64,000 bases of DNA from Octopus sinensis (Eukaryota), in NCBI RefSeq assembly GCF_006345805.1, contig NC_043002.1, positions 108,996,001 to 109,060,000 of the forward strand, given 5' to 3'. Each line of letters starts with the position of its first letter. Position 1 is the first letter of the stretch. The translations under genes were made by a program, and so were the position numbers. Positions 1-10,181 of the stretch are shown here, one piece after another. Under the pieces are notes generated by a model that saw only the letters and a list, made by a program, of their open reading frames with translations, did not search any database and was not told the DNA's origin.

Positions 1-10
1 TAAAATTAAT

Positions 11-247
11 ACCTATTTCTTTACTACCCACAAGGGGCTAAATACAGAGTGGACAAACAAGGACAGACAAAGGGATTAAGTCGATTACATCGATCCCCAG
101 TGCATAACTGGTACTTAATTTATCGACCCCGAAAGGATGAAAGGCAAAGTTGACCTCGGCAGAATTTGAACTCACAACATAACGGCAGATGAAATACCGC
201 TGAGCATTTCGCCCAGCGTGCTAACAATTCTGCCAGCTCGCCGCCTT
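11..247 (-). mobile_element. tRNA-derived SINE, family A (GGCGGCGAGCTGGCAGAA... head, ...GTAAAGAAATA tail)
   Basis: Reverse complement of the element at 9779-9990, 26713-26932 and 56613-56822; contains the B-box-like GAGTTCAAATTC and the recurrent CCTTTCATCCTTTCGGGGTCGAT core. Confidence 0.85.
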
Positions 248-461
248 ATGTAATAGTAAAATTAATACCATGCTTGCAACCATCATCTCATGGTCAACCA
301 AAGCTGTGTTAGTGAAATTTGGCTGACCAATGTTCAGAAGCTTGCTGGACATATGAATATTGGCAGAGGACCACTTTATTTATGCCAAGGGCAGCTTTGT
401 CTTTTTAACTTGTACCAATCAAAGTATTAGGGAGGTGGTCAACATAATTGACCAAAGTCCT

Positions 462-862
462 TTAACCCTTTAGTATTTAAACCGGCCATATCTGGCCAAA
501 ATAGTTAATCTGTTTTATGTTCAAACTGACCAGATCCAGGCTCTCACACCCACCCTACAATGTTATTCTACATTAAGTAATTACACCATCAAGATCTTAA
601 AGATATGAGATAATTCATGATAAAATCACCCACTACACTCTCGGAGTGGTTGGCGTTAGGAAGGGCATCCAGCTGTAGAAACACTGCCAGATCTGACTGG
701 ACTGGTGCAGCTTTCGGGCTCCCCAGACCCCAGTTGAACCGTCCAACCCATGCTAGCATGGAAAGCGGACGTTAAATGATGATGATGATGATGATGAATT
801 CAAATCAATGGGAATCAATAGGCATTATGTTTGATAGAATAATCTGAACACTAAAGGGTTAA
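462..862 (+). mobile_element. piggyBac-like MITE family 1 with a nested LINE 3' fragment (~627-797)
   Basis: TTAA-CCCTTT ... AAAGGG-TTAA termini; an uninterrupted copy lies at 2294-2521. Confidence 0.75.
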
Positions 863-2293
863 GACTGTTCCCCAGCATGGTCACAATTGACCCAGTAACT
901 GAAACCAGTAAAATAATATTTGATAGAATTGCCAAACTGCTAATTAAGAACAGAAGTGGTGTACATGCTGTTCTGCCAACACCAAATTACTGTTGTATTT
1001 GTTTCTTAAGTAGATTAGTAACTGAAATAGTTAAGCATTGTTTGTCTAAACACTTGATCTTACCAATTAAAATGGGTTTGTTTTTTCTTATCTTGGAGAT
1101 TTTTATTTCTACTACTTTGTAAACAGTATTTTGTGGTGACCTTCATTCAAACAGAAGTCATTTTTCAGTTCACTTTTACAGATGGTAAACATCTGTGTTA
1201 GAAGCTAACCAAGTTTTTTTTTTTTTTTATGTGACTGTCATTTAGCATCAGGTCAGCTGTGGTTGAGAGCAGACCTATGGCTAAAAGCATTCCCAATTAA
1301 CCATCCCTGGCTTAGTGGGAGTAGTCATGGGTGGGAATACTTTTACTCAGAGGTTTGCTCACTTACAACCGACCTGATTATGTATTTAAAACTCCATTAT
1401 CCAAATGCATCCTTCCAGTTTTATGATGAAAATATGGAATTTGTTGAAGATTTGACTGCTATCTTTAGTGAGTTGAGCAACCACATAGAGGCTGGTGGTT
1501 TGTGTTGTAGCTAAGCATAGAAAGGAAGCGGGTTTGAGAGAATTCTACTGAGGATTGGAGGAAATAATCAAGATTCTATTGTTTAGAGGCAATTCTGAGA
1601 CCAGAAGCCCTTACAGACAAGATGGCTGATGGGATGTCTGCAACAGGAGTAAATAATCCTCTATCTTATATCAATGGGTTTATTTTTGGTCCTTCTTTCT
1701 CCCACAGAATCTGTATGCCTGCAACATGCAGAGTCTCTCTATCCCCCATTCATTCCTTTTCTTTTTGACATACTTTTTTACAGTCGGATGCGCTTACTAA
1801 CCTGAATCATATCACAGTGTGCTCTGGGTACATTTTACTCTAACACTCACTCTAGATTTGTCTCCAACAAAACTATAGAGCCTCATCTATTTGGCACAGC
1901 TTCTTTTTTCTTCCTTTGGTGTTTGATACCAGTTTTCTCTTCCATTTATAAAGTTTAAATTTGAGATATCTGCTTCCCTCATCATATTGAAAACAGTTGG
2001 TTCCAGTAAGGGGTTCGTAGTGCTAGTGTAGGGCCATTTCAAAGTATGGTTTATTCCATTATGTGAATGGGGAGCATCAATTACCCTGCTCACAACAGGA
2101 CAGCATGTTAAGTGACCCCTTCTGTTTTTATTCAGGGTTTCTGGTCTCATAGACAGACTGCTTTAGATTCGACTTGCAGGGACCACTTGTCCATGTGATT
2201 AACCCCAACCTTCCCCTTTTATATACTGCTGGATTTTTTTTAGTCACCCTTTCTGTATCAGATGCTATACCACTGCATCATGTAAGGAGTGAA

Positions 2294-2521
2294 TTGACCC
2301 TTTAGTATTCAAACTAGCCATATCAGGCTAAAATATTTAACCTGTTTCAAGTTGAAACTGGCCAGATCCAGCCTCTCACGTCTATCCTACAATGCCCTTC
2401 TAAAACTATAGAAGCAGGTCATCCAAATTGTGAAACTACAATGTAATGCGTGATTAATTCAAAATAATATGAATAAAGAAACTTTACATTTAAGCTAATA
2501 ATCTGAATATTAAAGGGTTAA
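2294..2521 (+). mobile_element. piggyBac-like MITE family 1
   Basis: TTGA-CCCTTT ... AAAGGG-TTAA termini; homologous to 462-862, 14928-15736 and 36005-36226. Confidence 0.75.
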
Positions 2522-2879
2522 GTTACTATGGGAGCTATCAGTCTGAAGGTGCTCTGAAATAAGAGGTTTGCTTCTGCAATAAAGGTGCAAGGAAGAAGCT
2601 TAGATCAATGGTAGTTCTTGCCTAGGTTGTTGTCACAATTTGTGGAGAGTAGGGTACAGAAAATATCAGCCAGATAAGGTAGTTGTTGCAATACAAAGAA
2701 ACCTTTGTGAAAGAATAAAAGTAATTAAAACATGAAAGTTAAATGTTGGCTTGCTTAGAAAAAGCATTATTATTTAAATTGCTTGAGTTAAGAGGAAATG
2801 AGTTTCATGACAGAGGGAATAATCTCCTAATATAATAATAAGCAATGTGTTTTTATATATTTGTATATATATATACACA

Positions 2880-2929
<50 letters not shown>

Positions 2930-3492
2930 GTCCAAAATCACGCAAAGGAGAAGAGTAAATAGTAATTCAGTGAAGGAGAAGTAGTGAGAGTAATAGCCCT
3001 GACTGAGAGGAAGTGAGAGAAAGGAAGGGGTGAAAAAAAAATCAGCATTTCAACTCTGTATGAGTATATGTGTGTATGTGTGTGTGTGTGTGTAGAAGGG
3101 ACGTATGTGAATGTTTGTATGTGTGATTATTACGTACCTTATTTATATATATAAAATACTACAATTAGCCGTCATTATTGCCGGTGCGTAGTCAGCTAGT
3201 AGCGGATAATTGGTGAGGTTAGAATATAATAGCTTGGCAGCAGCTTAGTTCTTCGTCTGAACTTGATTTCTTCATTAAAACGAACAATGTCAATTGTCTT
3301 TGTTCAAATATGGAATACTGTAATTGGGGGTCGCATTTCACACCACCTGGTGACATGATGGATGAATCGAGTGAAATCTGTTGACATTTAACAACATTGA
3401 TCCATGTTGCCGTTACTGAAATCTGTGTTTAGCTCTGCTGTTGTATTTGTCCACAACTGTTTCAGTAGAAAGACAGAATATTTAATGAGCAC

Positions 3493-3523
<31 letters not shown>

Positions 3524-3772
3524 GCACACTGGTTTTGACATTGTTTTATTATAAAACTGTAATAAAAAAGGAAAAAAATTCTTTAAAACATTCTATTCAG
3601 CAGTTTTACATTTACCGAATAAATTGACTAGGATTTTCAATCTCAAATACTGTTAGTTATAAGCACCAATTTAAAATGGTCTCTCATAATACTGACAAGA
3701 CATGGGGAACTGTTACTCCTTTCTGCCTCAAATTGGTGCTTGTAATATTTCTTGCAAATTTTCCATCATTGC

Positions 3773-4413
3773 TTTTTCCACTCTCCTCTTTGCCCCATCC
3801 ATTCTTTCTCCACTCTCCTCTTTGCCCCACCCCTTCTTTCTCCACTCTCCTCTTTGCCCCACCCCTTCTTTCACACTCTCCTCTTTGCCCCATCCCTTCT
3901 TTCTCCACTCTCCTCTTTGCCCCATCCCTTCTTTCTCCACTCTCCTCTTTGCCCCACTCCTTCTTTCTCCACTCTCCTCTTTGCTCCATCCCTTATTTCT
4001 CCACTCTCCTCTTTGCCCCATCCCTTCTTTCTCCACTCTCCTCTTTTCCCCACCCCTTCTTTCTCCACTCTCCTCTTTGCCCCATCCCTTCTTTCACACT
4101 CTCCTCTTTGCCCCATCCCTTCTTTCTCCACTCTCCTCTTTGCCCCACCCCTTCTTTCTCCACTCTCCTCTTTGCCCCACCCCTTCTTTCTCCACTCTCC
4201 TCTTTGCCCCACCCCTTCTTTCTCCACTCTCCTCTTTGCCCCACCCCTTCTTTCTCCACTCTCCTCTTTGCCCCACCCCTTCTTTCTCCACTCTCCTCTT
4301 TGCCCCACCTCTTCTTTCTCCACTCCCCTCTTTGCCCCATCCCTTCTTTCTCCACTCTCCTCTTTGCCCCACCCCTTCTTTCTCCACTCTCCTCTTTGCC
4401 CCACCCCTTCTTT
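3773..4413. repeat. 32-bp pyrimidine-rich minisatellite, about 20 copies
   Basis: Unit TCCACTCTCCTCTTTGCCCCAYCCCTTCTTTC; period measured from 4141 to 4173. Confidence 0.95.
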
Positions 4414-4579
4414 CACTCTCTCCCTATCCTTTCTTCTACTCTTGCTCTTATCACTGGCTGTCTCGACCCTTTCCTTCTACGTCCTTCCTCCTTCCCCTCC
4501 CGTTCTTTGCTCTTTCTCTCCCCACTCTCTCTCCACACTCTCTGTCACTATTCTATTTCTTATTTTTCTTTCATTTCAG

Positions 4580-4650
4580 AGTTGCACTGGATGACAATTG
4601 AATAAACTTCCTGAAATCAAACGCTTCATATACGAAGACCTTCCACTGTA
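4580..4650 (+). CDS. SELENOM: Selenoprotein M, Sec-containing exon (SCTGUQLNKLPEIKRFIYEDLPL-Y)
   Basis: Acceptor tttctttcatttcag ends at 4579; in-frame TGA at 4592-4594 in a CxxU motif; aligns residue for residue with the SelM signature [24 protein letters not shown] as recalled. Confidence 0.93.
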
Positions 4651-5000
4651 GTATCCTTTTATCAAGCTCTCTCTTTCTTTTTACTTGTCAAATAGGTTTT
4701 GCAGTTTTGCCATTAATATTACTCCCTGTAAAGTAGGGACTGAAATGCACTGAATTTCAATGAGCTTTTTTAGCTTACAGCTGTTTCTGCAAAAGACATA
4801 GAGCATTCATAGTTGAATGCTTGAGTATCACCCTATAGTTTCATTGGATCTTCAATTAGGAGGTGCACTTCATGTTTGAAGCTCCGATGAAGCTATAGAG
4901 TGATACGCAAGCACTCAACTATGAGTGCTTTACATCTTATAGCAGAAACAGCTGTAAGCTAATGGAGTTCATAATATAATTGTCTATTCCTTTCATCATC

Positions 5001-5420
5001 ATCATCATCATTCAACGTCTGCTTTCCATGCTGGCATGGGTTGGATGGTTTGACTGAGGATTGGCAAGCCAGTAGGCTGCACCTGGCTCCAGTCTGATCT
5101 GGCAAGGTTTCTACAGCTAGATGCCTTTCCTAACGCCAACCATTCTGAGAATATAGTGTTGTGTTTTTTACATGCCAGCAGCACGAGGGCTAGTTTGGCA
5201 GTATTGGCATCGATCACATTCGTATGGTGCATTTTATATGCCAGTGGCATGGGAGCCAGTCCGATGGGACTGACATCAACCATGCTCGGAAGGTGCTTTT
5301 TACAAACCACTGGCACAGGTGCTGGTCAGGTGGTACTGGCATCGGCCACGACAATGATTTCACTTGACTCAACGGGTTTTCTCAAGCACAGTTTATTACC
5401 CAACTGCTCTACTTGAGTTC
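5001..5420 (-). mobile_element. CAT/GAT-tailed RTE LINE 3' UTR fragment
   Basis: (CAT)n followed by the recurrent ...CTACAGCTGGATGCCCTTCCTAACGCCAACC... block seen dozens of times in the window. Confidence 0.8.
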
Positions 5421-5778
5421 TAACACCAGGTCATATTCATAAGAAGCATCAAAGTATGGATGAAGACTGTTGTGTGAGGAAGTGTCACACCCTGACAGAG
5501 GAAGGAACCTGTGGAAGAGGTAAACCCAGGAAGACATAGGATGAGGTGGTGAAACACAGGCACAAAGACACACACACACACACACTTATACTACAGGCTT
5601 CTTTCAGTTTCCATCTAGCAAATCCACTCACAGGGCTTTGGTCAATCTGAGGCTATAGTAGAAGACACTCGTCCAAGGTGCCACGCAGTGAGACTGAACC
5701 CAGAACCATATGGTTAAGAAGCAAACTTTTTACCACACAGCCACTCCTGTGCTTGCATATTTATTCTTCTAGTCTGTG

Positions 5779-6100
5779 GAAGCACTCCGTCGGTTACGAC
5801 GACGAGGGTTCCGGTTGATCCGAATCAACGGAACAGCCTGCTCGTGAAATTAACATGTAAGTGGCTGAGCACTCCACAGACACGTGTACCCTTAACGTAG
5901 TTCTCGGGGATATTCAGTGTGACACAGAGAGTGACAAGGCCGGTCCTTTGAAATACAGGTACAACAGAAACAGGAAGTAAGAGTGAGAGAAAGTTGTGGT
6001 GAAAGAGTACAGCAGGGATCACCACCATCCCCTACCGGAGCCTCATGGAGCTTTAGGTGTTTTCACTCAATAAACACTCACAACGCCCGGTCTGGGAATC
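5779..6100 (-). mobile_element. tRNA-derived SINE, family C, 5'-truncated
   Basis: Homologous to the full-length copy at 16509-16891. Confidence 0.85.
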
Positions 6101-6185
6101 TTCTAGTCTATGTAAGATGGTACAAGGTCAGAAGTGTTATTTTCTTGTCAGAAGAATAAAACTTGTCTTCTTTAACCCGTATCAG

Positions 6186-6264
6186 TGAAGATGTTGTTTT
6201 CAAGGCAGTGCCCGGGGCAGAACCACAGTTGTATCTACTTGATGACAATGATAGTACAATAGAG
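6186..6264 (+). CDS. SELENOM: Selenoprotein M internal exon (EDVVFKAVPGAEPQLYLLDDNDSTIE)
   Basis: 79-nt open exon ending GAG|GTAAGA; matches the SelM segment HNLVMKHLPGADPELVLL...ELE. Confidence 0.92.
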
Positions 6265-6418
6265 GTAAGACTCTACTTCAATACTTTTTGTTTGCTTTTA
6301 CTATCTTTTTAATTTTATATTACATTTTGGGAACAATAATGTTGGTTAGTTTGAGATTTCTCTACAGATCAGTCACTAGAGCAACAAGAGAGTGCCAACA
6401 CTACTAGTTATTTTTATT

Positions 6419-6929
6419 TACATTATTTACATTTGACGGATATTTGTCCTCATCTTGTTTGTTGTTGACACAATGTTTCAGCTGATATACCCTCCAGCCT
6501 TCATCAGGTGTCTTGGGGAAATTTTAAACCTGGGTTCTCATTCTTAAGGTATTTTTCGATGTTGTTGTTGTTGTTATTATTATCATCATCATCATCTTCA
6601 TTATTATTATTATTCAGCTCACTGCCTGGAATCGAACTTGGAATCTTGGAGTTAGTAGCCCACGCTCTTAACCACTACGCCATATGCCCGTGGGCTACTA
6701 ACCCAAGATTCTGAATTTGCTTCCAGGTAGTGACCTGAATAATAATAATAATAATAATATCAAAAAATACTTTAGGAATGAGAACCCAGGTTTGCAATTT
6801 CCTCAAGACACCTGATGAAGGATGGAGGGTATATCAGCCAAAACGTGTTGACAACAAACAAGATGAGGACAAATATCCGTCAAATGTAAATAATGTACAT
6901 AATTCCTCATCTCTTAAATATAGAACTGT
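6419..6929. mobile_element. Head-to-head palindrome of a tRNA-headed non-autonomous element with a Penelope-like tail
   Basis: Left copy (- strand, 6419-6689) has A-box 6672-6682 and B-box 6628-6637; right copy (+ strand, ~6690-6929) is its 5'-truncated inverse; both carry CTGATGAAGG...(G)AAAC. Confidence 0.8.
6467..6512 (-). ncRNA. Minimal type I hammerhead ribozyme motif
   Basis: Minus strand reads GACAC-CTGATGA-A-GGCTG[GAGGGTATAT]CAGCT-GAAAC-ATT-GTGTC: 5-bp stem I, both core boxes and stem II present; stem III carries a G>A change. Confidence 0.65.
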
Positions 6930-7390
6930 TTGAAAGCCCTAGATATATTGGTTTGCTTCCTGATATGCATTCACAAAATACACACATACACACACATCTT
7001 TGGCAAGCATCCATATAGTTTCTCCTCTACCATTCGTTACCCACAGGTATTTACTAACTTGGGGTCATGATAGAAGACACTTGTCAAAGATACTGCACAA
7101 GGGGAATGAACCTGGTACAACATAGTTATAAAGCTAACTTCATGACCACACAGCCATACCTATTTGCTACCACCACCACCACCACTACTGCTGTTCCTGC
7201 TACTAGTATCAGCACCATTAAGGCTTTGCTTAAAAGAATAATTTATTTCTATTTCCAAATTAAAAGTGGAAAATTTTTTTCTTTTTTAAATCTATGGTGT
7301 TTTTTTTTCATGGTTTATCAGCTATTCACAACTTAACCAACCAACTCCCTCCTCATGATATTGTTGGCCTTGTGTTTAAATTAGAGACAA

Positions 7391-7419
<29 letters not shown>

Positions 7420-7421
<2 letters not shown>

Positions 7422-7665
7422 GCGTGCCGGTGGCACGTAAAATGCACCATCGGAATGTGGCTGATGCCAGCGCCGCCTTGACTGGCTTCCGTGCCGGTGG
7501 CACGTAAAAAGCACCCACTACACTCACGGAGTGGTTGGCGTTAGGAAGGGCATCCAGCTGTAGAAACACTGCCTGATAAGACTGGAGCCTGGTGCAGCCT
7601 TCTGGCTTCCCAGATCCCTGGTCGAACCGTCCAACCCATGCTAGCACGGAAAACGGACATTAAAC
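7420..7665 (+). mobile_element. RTE LINE 3' UTR fragment
   Basis: Same block as 5001-5420 in the opposite orientation. Confidence 0.8.
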
Positions 7666-8025
7666 GAACAAGTAGACGTCACACAGTATACAATATCGTG
7701 AGGTTGTTGATTGAAGATATTGTGTCTGTTGGGGGTTTGTACTGTTTGTCAAGTCACAACAAGGACCTCAGACAGACAGTACTTTACGCAATATGTGTGC
7801 AGTTCTAAGTAATACATCTAGATTGTAGGGTATCTCTAAGATTTTCAGATGTTTTTTTCAGATTGGGGAGGGTATTGAACTCAATGTTCCACTGACAACA
7901 GGTATAACCTTTATGTTTGACTCTCGTAGCTGCCACATTTTAGCAATCTCAATTCTCAGGTCTCCATATTTATCAACCTTTTCTCTTTCTTTCATGATGA
8001 TATGTTGATATTATTATCATTATTA

Positions 8026-9150
8026 AGGTAGCAAGCTGACAGAATTGTTAGGACACTGGAAGAAATGCATAGCAATATTTCACCCATCGCTACATTCTGA
8101 GTTCAAATTCCACCAAGATTGACTTTGCCTTTCATCCTTTCAAGGTTGATTAACTAAGTACCAGTGAAATACTGGAGTCGATGTAATCAACTAATTCCCT
8201 CCTCGCAAATTCTAGACCTTGTGCCTATAGTAGGAAGGATTATTATTATTATTATTATCATTATTGTAATAAGGTGGTGAGCTGGCAGAATTGTTAGTGT
8301 GTTCCAAGAAATGCCTTGCAACATTTCTTTCTGCTCAAAGCTGCGAGCTGGCAGAAACATTAGCATGCCGGGAGAAATGCTTAGCAGGTATTTTGTCTGT
8401 CTACATTTTGAATTCAAATTCCCCCAAGGTTGATTTTGCCTTTCATCCTTTCGGGGTCAATAAATTAAGTACCAGTTGCATACTGGGATCAATCTAATCG
8501 ACTGGCCCCTCCCCAAAAATTTCAAGCCTTGTGCCTAGAGTAGAAAAGAATATTTTAAAAATGGTAAGCTGGCAGAAACGTTAGCACACCTGGCAAAATG
8601 CTTAGCAGGGATTTCGTCTGTCTTTATGTTCTGAGTTCAAATTCCGCCAAGGTCGGCTTTGCCTGTCATCCTCTCAGGGTCAATAAATTAAGTATCAGTT
8701 GCATACTGGGGTCGATCTTATCGACTGGCCCCTCTCCAAAAATTTCGAGCCTTATGCCTAGAGTAGAAAAGGATATTTCTTCCTGCTCTTTACATTCTGG
8801 TTTCAAATCCTGCCAAGTTCAACTTTGCTTTTCATCCTGTCATGGTTGATAAAAGAAAGTGCCAGTTGAATGCTACTTCAATGTTATCAACAAGCTACCC
8901 TCTCGCTAAAGACAGCTTGTCTTATACCAAATTTGAAACTCTTCAAGACAGCAGACTGGCAGAATCATTCATGTGTCAACAAAATGCTAGGCAGCATTTC
9001 TTCTGGCTCTTTTCATTCTGAGTTCAAATCCCACCTAGGCCAACCTTGCCTTTTGCCCTTACAGGGTCAGTAAAATAATGTACCTGCCATTCACTGGGAT
9101 CAACATAATCAGCTTGCTCTCTTTCCACTAAAATTGTTGGCCTTGTGCCA
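8026..9150 (+). mobile_element. Cluster of head-to-tail degenerate family A SINE copies
   Basis: Repeated GCTGGCAGAA...TTCAAAT...CCTTTCATCC motifs, partly separated by (ATT)n. Confidence 0.75.
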
Positions 9151-9778
9151 TTCACCATCATTGTCTTCATTTAATGTCCATTATCCATACCGGCATGGGT
9201 TGGACAGTTTGACTGGGCTGGCATACTGGAGGGCTGCACCAGGCTCCAGTCTGATTTAGCGTGGTTTTCTACGGCTGGATGCCCTTCTTAATGCCAACCA
9301 CTCTGAGAGTGTAATGGATGCTTTTACGTGCCACCGGCACAGGTACCATTTCCATGACACTGGTATCTGCCACGACTGTGATTTTGCTCAGGTTGATGGG
9401 TCTTCTTGAGCATGACATAATGCCAAAGGTCTTGGTCATTGCCTCTGTGAGGACCAACACTCGAAAGGAACTTATCCACCTCACCTCCGTGAGGCCCAAT
9501 TTGTAAAAATTATTACTAAAATATCAACTTGACAAAACCATTATTATACCAGACAACATGTTCAGCAGCTTTTTTTCCACTTTATATTCTGAGTTCAAAT
9601 GCTACTGAAGTTGACTTTTGTCTTCCATCCTTTCAAGCTCTGTGAATTAAGTACCAATTAAGCATTGGTGTCAATATAATCAACTAGACCCCTCCACTAA
9701 AATTTCAGGTCTTCTGCCTATTGTAGAAAGAATTATTATTGTCATCATTGTTTAAAGAGTTGTAAATCATTCTTGAAG

Positions 9779-9990
9779 GCGGCGAGCTGGCTGAAACATT
9801 AAGCACGCCAGGCGAAATGTTTAGCGGTATTTCATCTGCAGTTATGTTCCGAGTTCAAATTCCACCAAGGTCAACTTTGCCTTTCATCCTTTCGGGGTCG
9901 ATTAAATAAATACCAGTTATGCACTTAATCCATTTGTCTGTCCTTGTTTGTCCTCTCTGTGTTTAGCCCCTTGTGGGTAGTAAAGAAATA
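9779..9990 (+). mobile_element. Family A SINE with an 18-bp target-site duplication
   Basis: TGTAAATCATTCTTGAAG at 9761-9778 and 9991-10008. Confidence 0.9.
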
Positions 9991-10079
9991 TGTAAATCAT
10001 TCTTGAAGATTTGAATTTTTCAAATTTAATCTTGCCTTTCATGTATTTTAATGAATATTTTTTGTTTTGTTTTTTCCAG

Positions 10080-10181
10080 ACTATCAATCTCAGTGACTTA
10101 ACTCAGTATGACTGCAATAAACTGATGGAAGCCAATGGATTCATCAAAAAGGATAGTAAAGCTAGCCATGCTGATTTATAA
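10080..10181 (+). CDS. SELENOM: Selenoprotein M last coding exon (TINLSDLTQYDCNKLMEANGFIKKDSKASHADL*)
   Basis: Strong acceptor ttttgttttgttttttccag; phase 0 fits the previous exon; resembles SelM RIPLSEMTREEINALVQELGFYRK; ends HADL-TAA. Confidence 0.92.
   Translation, partial: TINLSDLTQYDCNKLMEANGFIKKDSKASHADL

Larger units (their letters stand above)
4651..6185 (+). other. SELENOM: U12-type (minor spliceosome) GT-AG intron of SELENOM
   Basis: 5' site GTATCCTTTT at 4651; branch site TTCTTTAAC at 6168-6176 about 10 nt before the AG at 6184-6185; splicing restores the frame (TA|T = Tyr). Confidence 0.88.

Noticed and set aside
1263-1514. 83-aa ORF in unique-looking sequence
   Set aside because: No recognisable family and no convincing splice sites
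1-4579. Search for the SELENOM signal-peptide exon
   Set aside because: No ATG-led hydrophobic segment ending in a phase-0 donor was found; candidates near 3215 and 3404 have in-frame stops or no donor
3676-4605. Long ORFs on both strands (up to 309 aa)
   Set aside because: Translations of the 32-bp minisatellite; only the last codons overlap the real SELENOM exon
6613-6689. tRNA-like sequence, and similar heads of SINE families A-C
   Set aside because: No complete cloverleaf acceptor stem and each is followed by SINE body, so these are not tRNA genes
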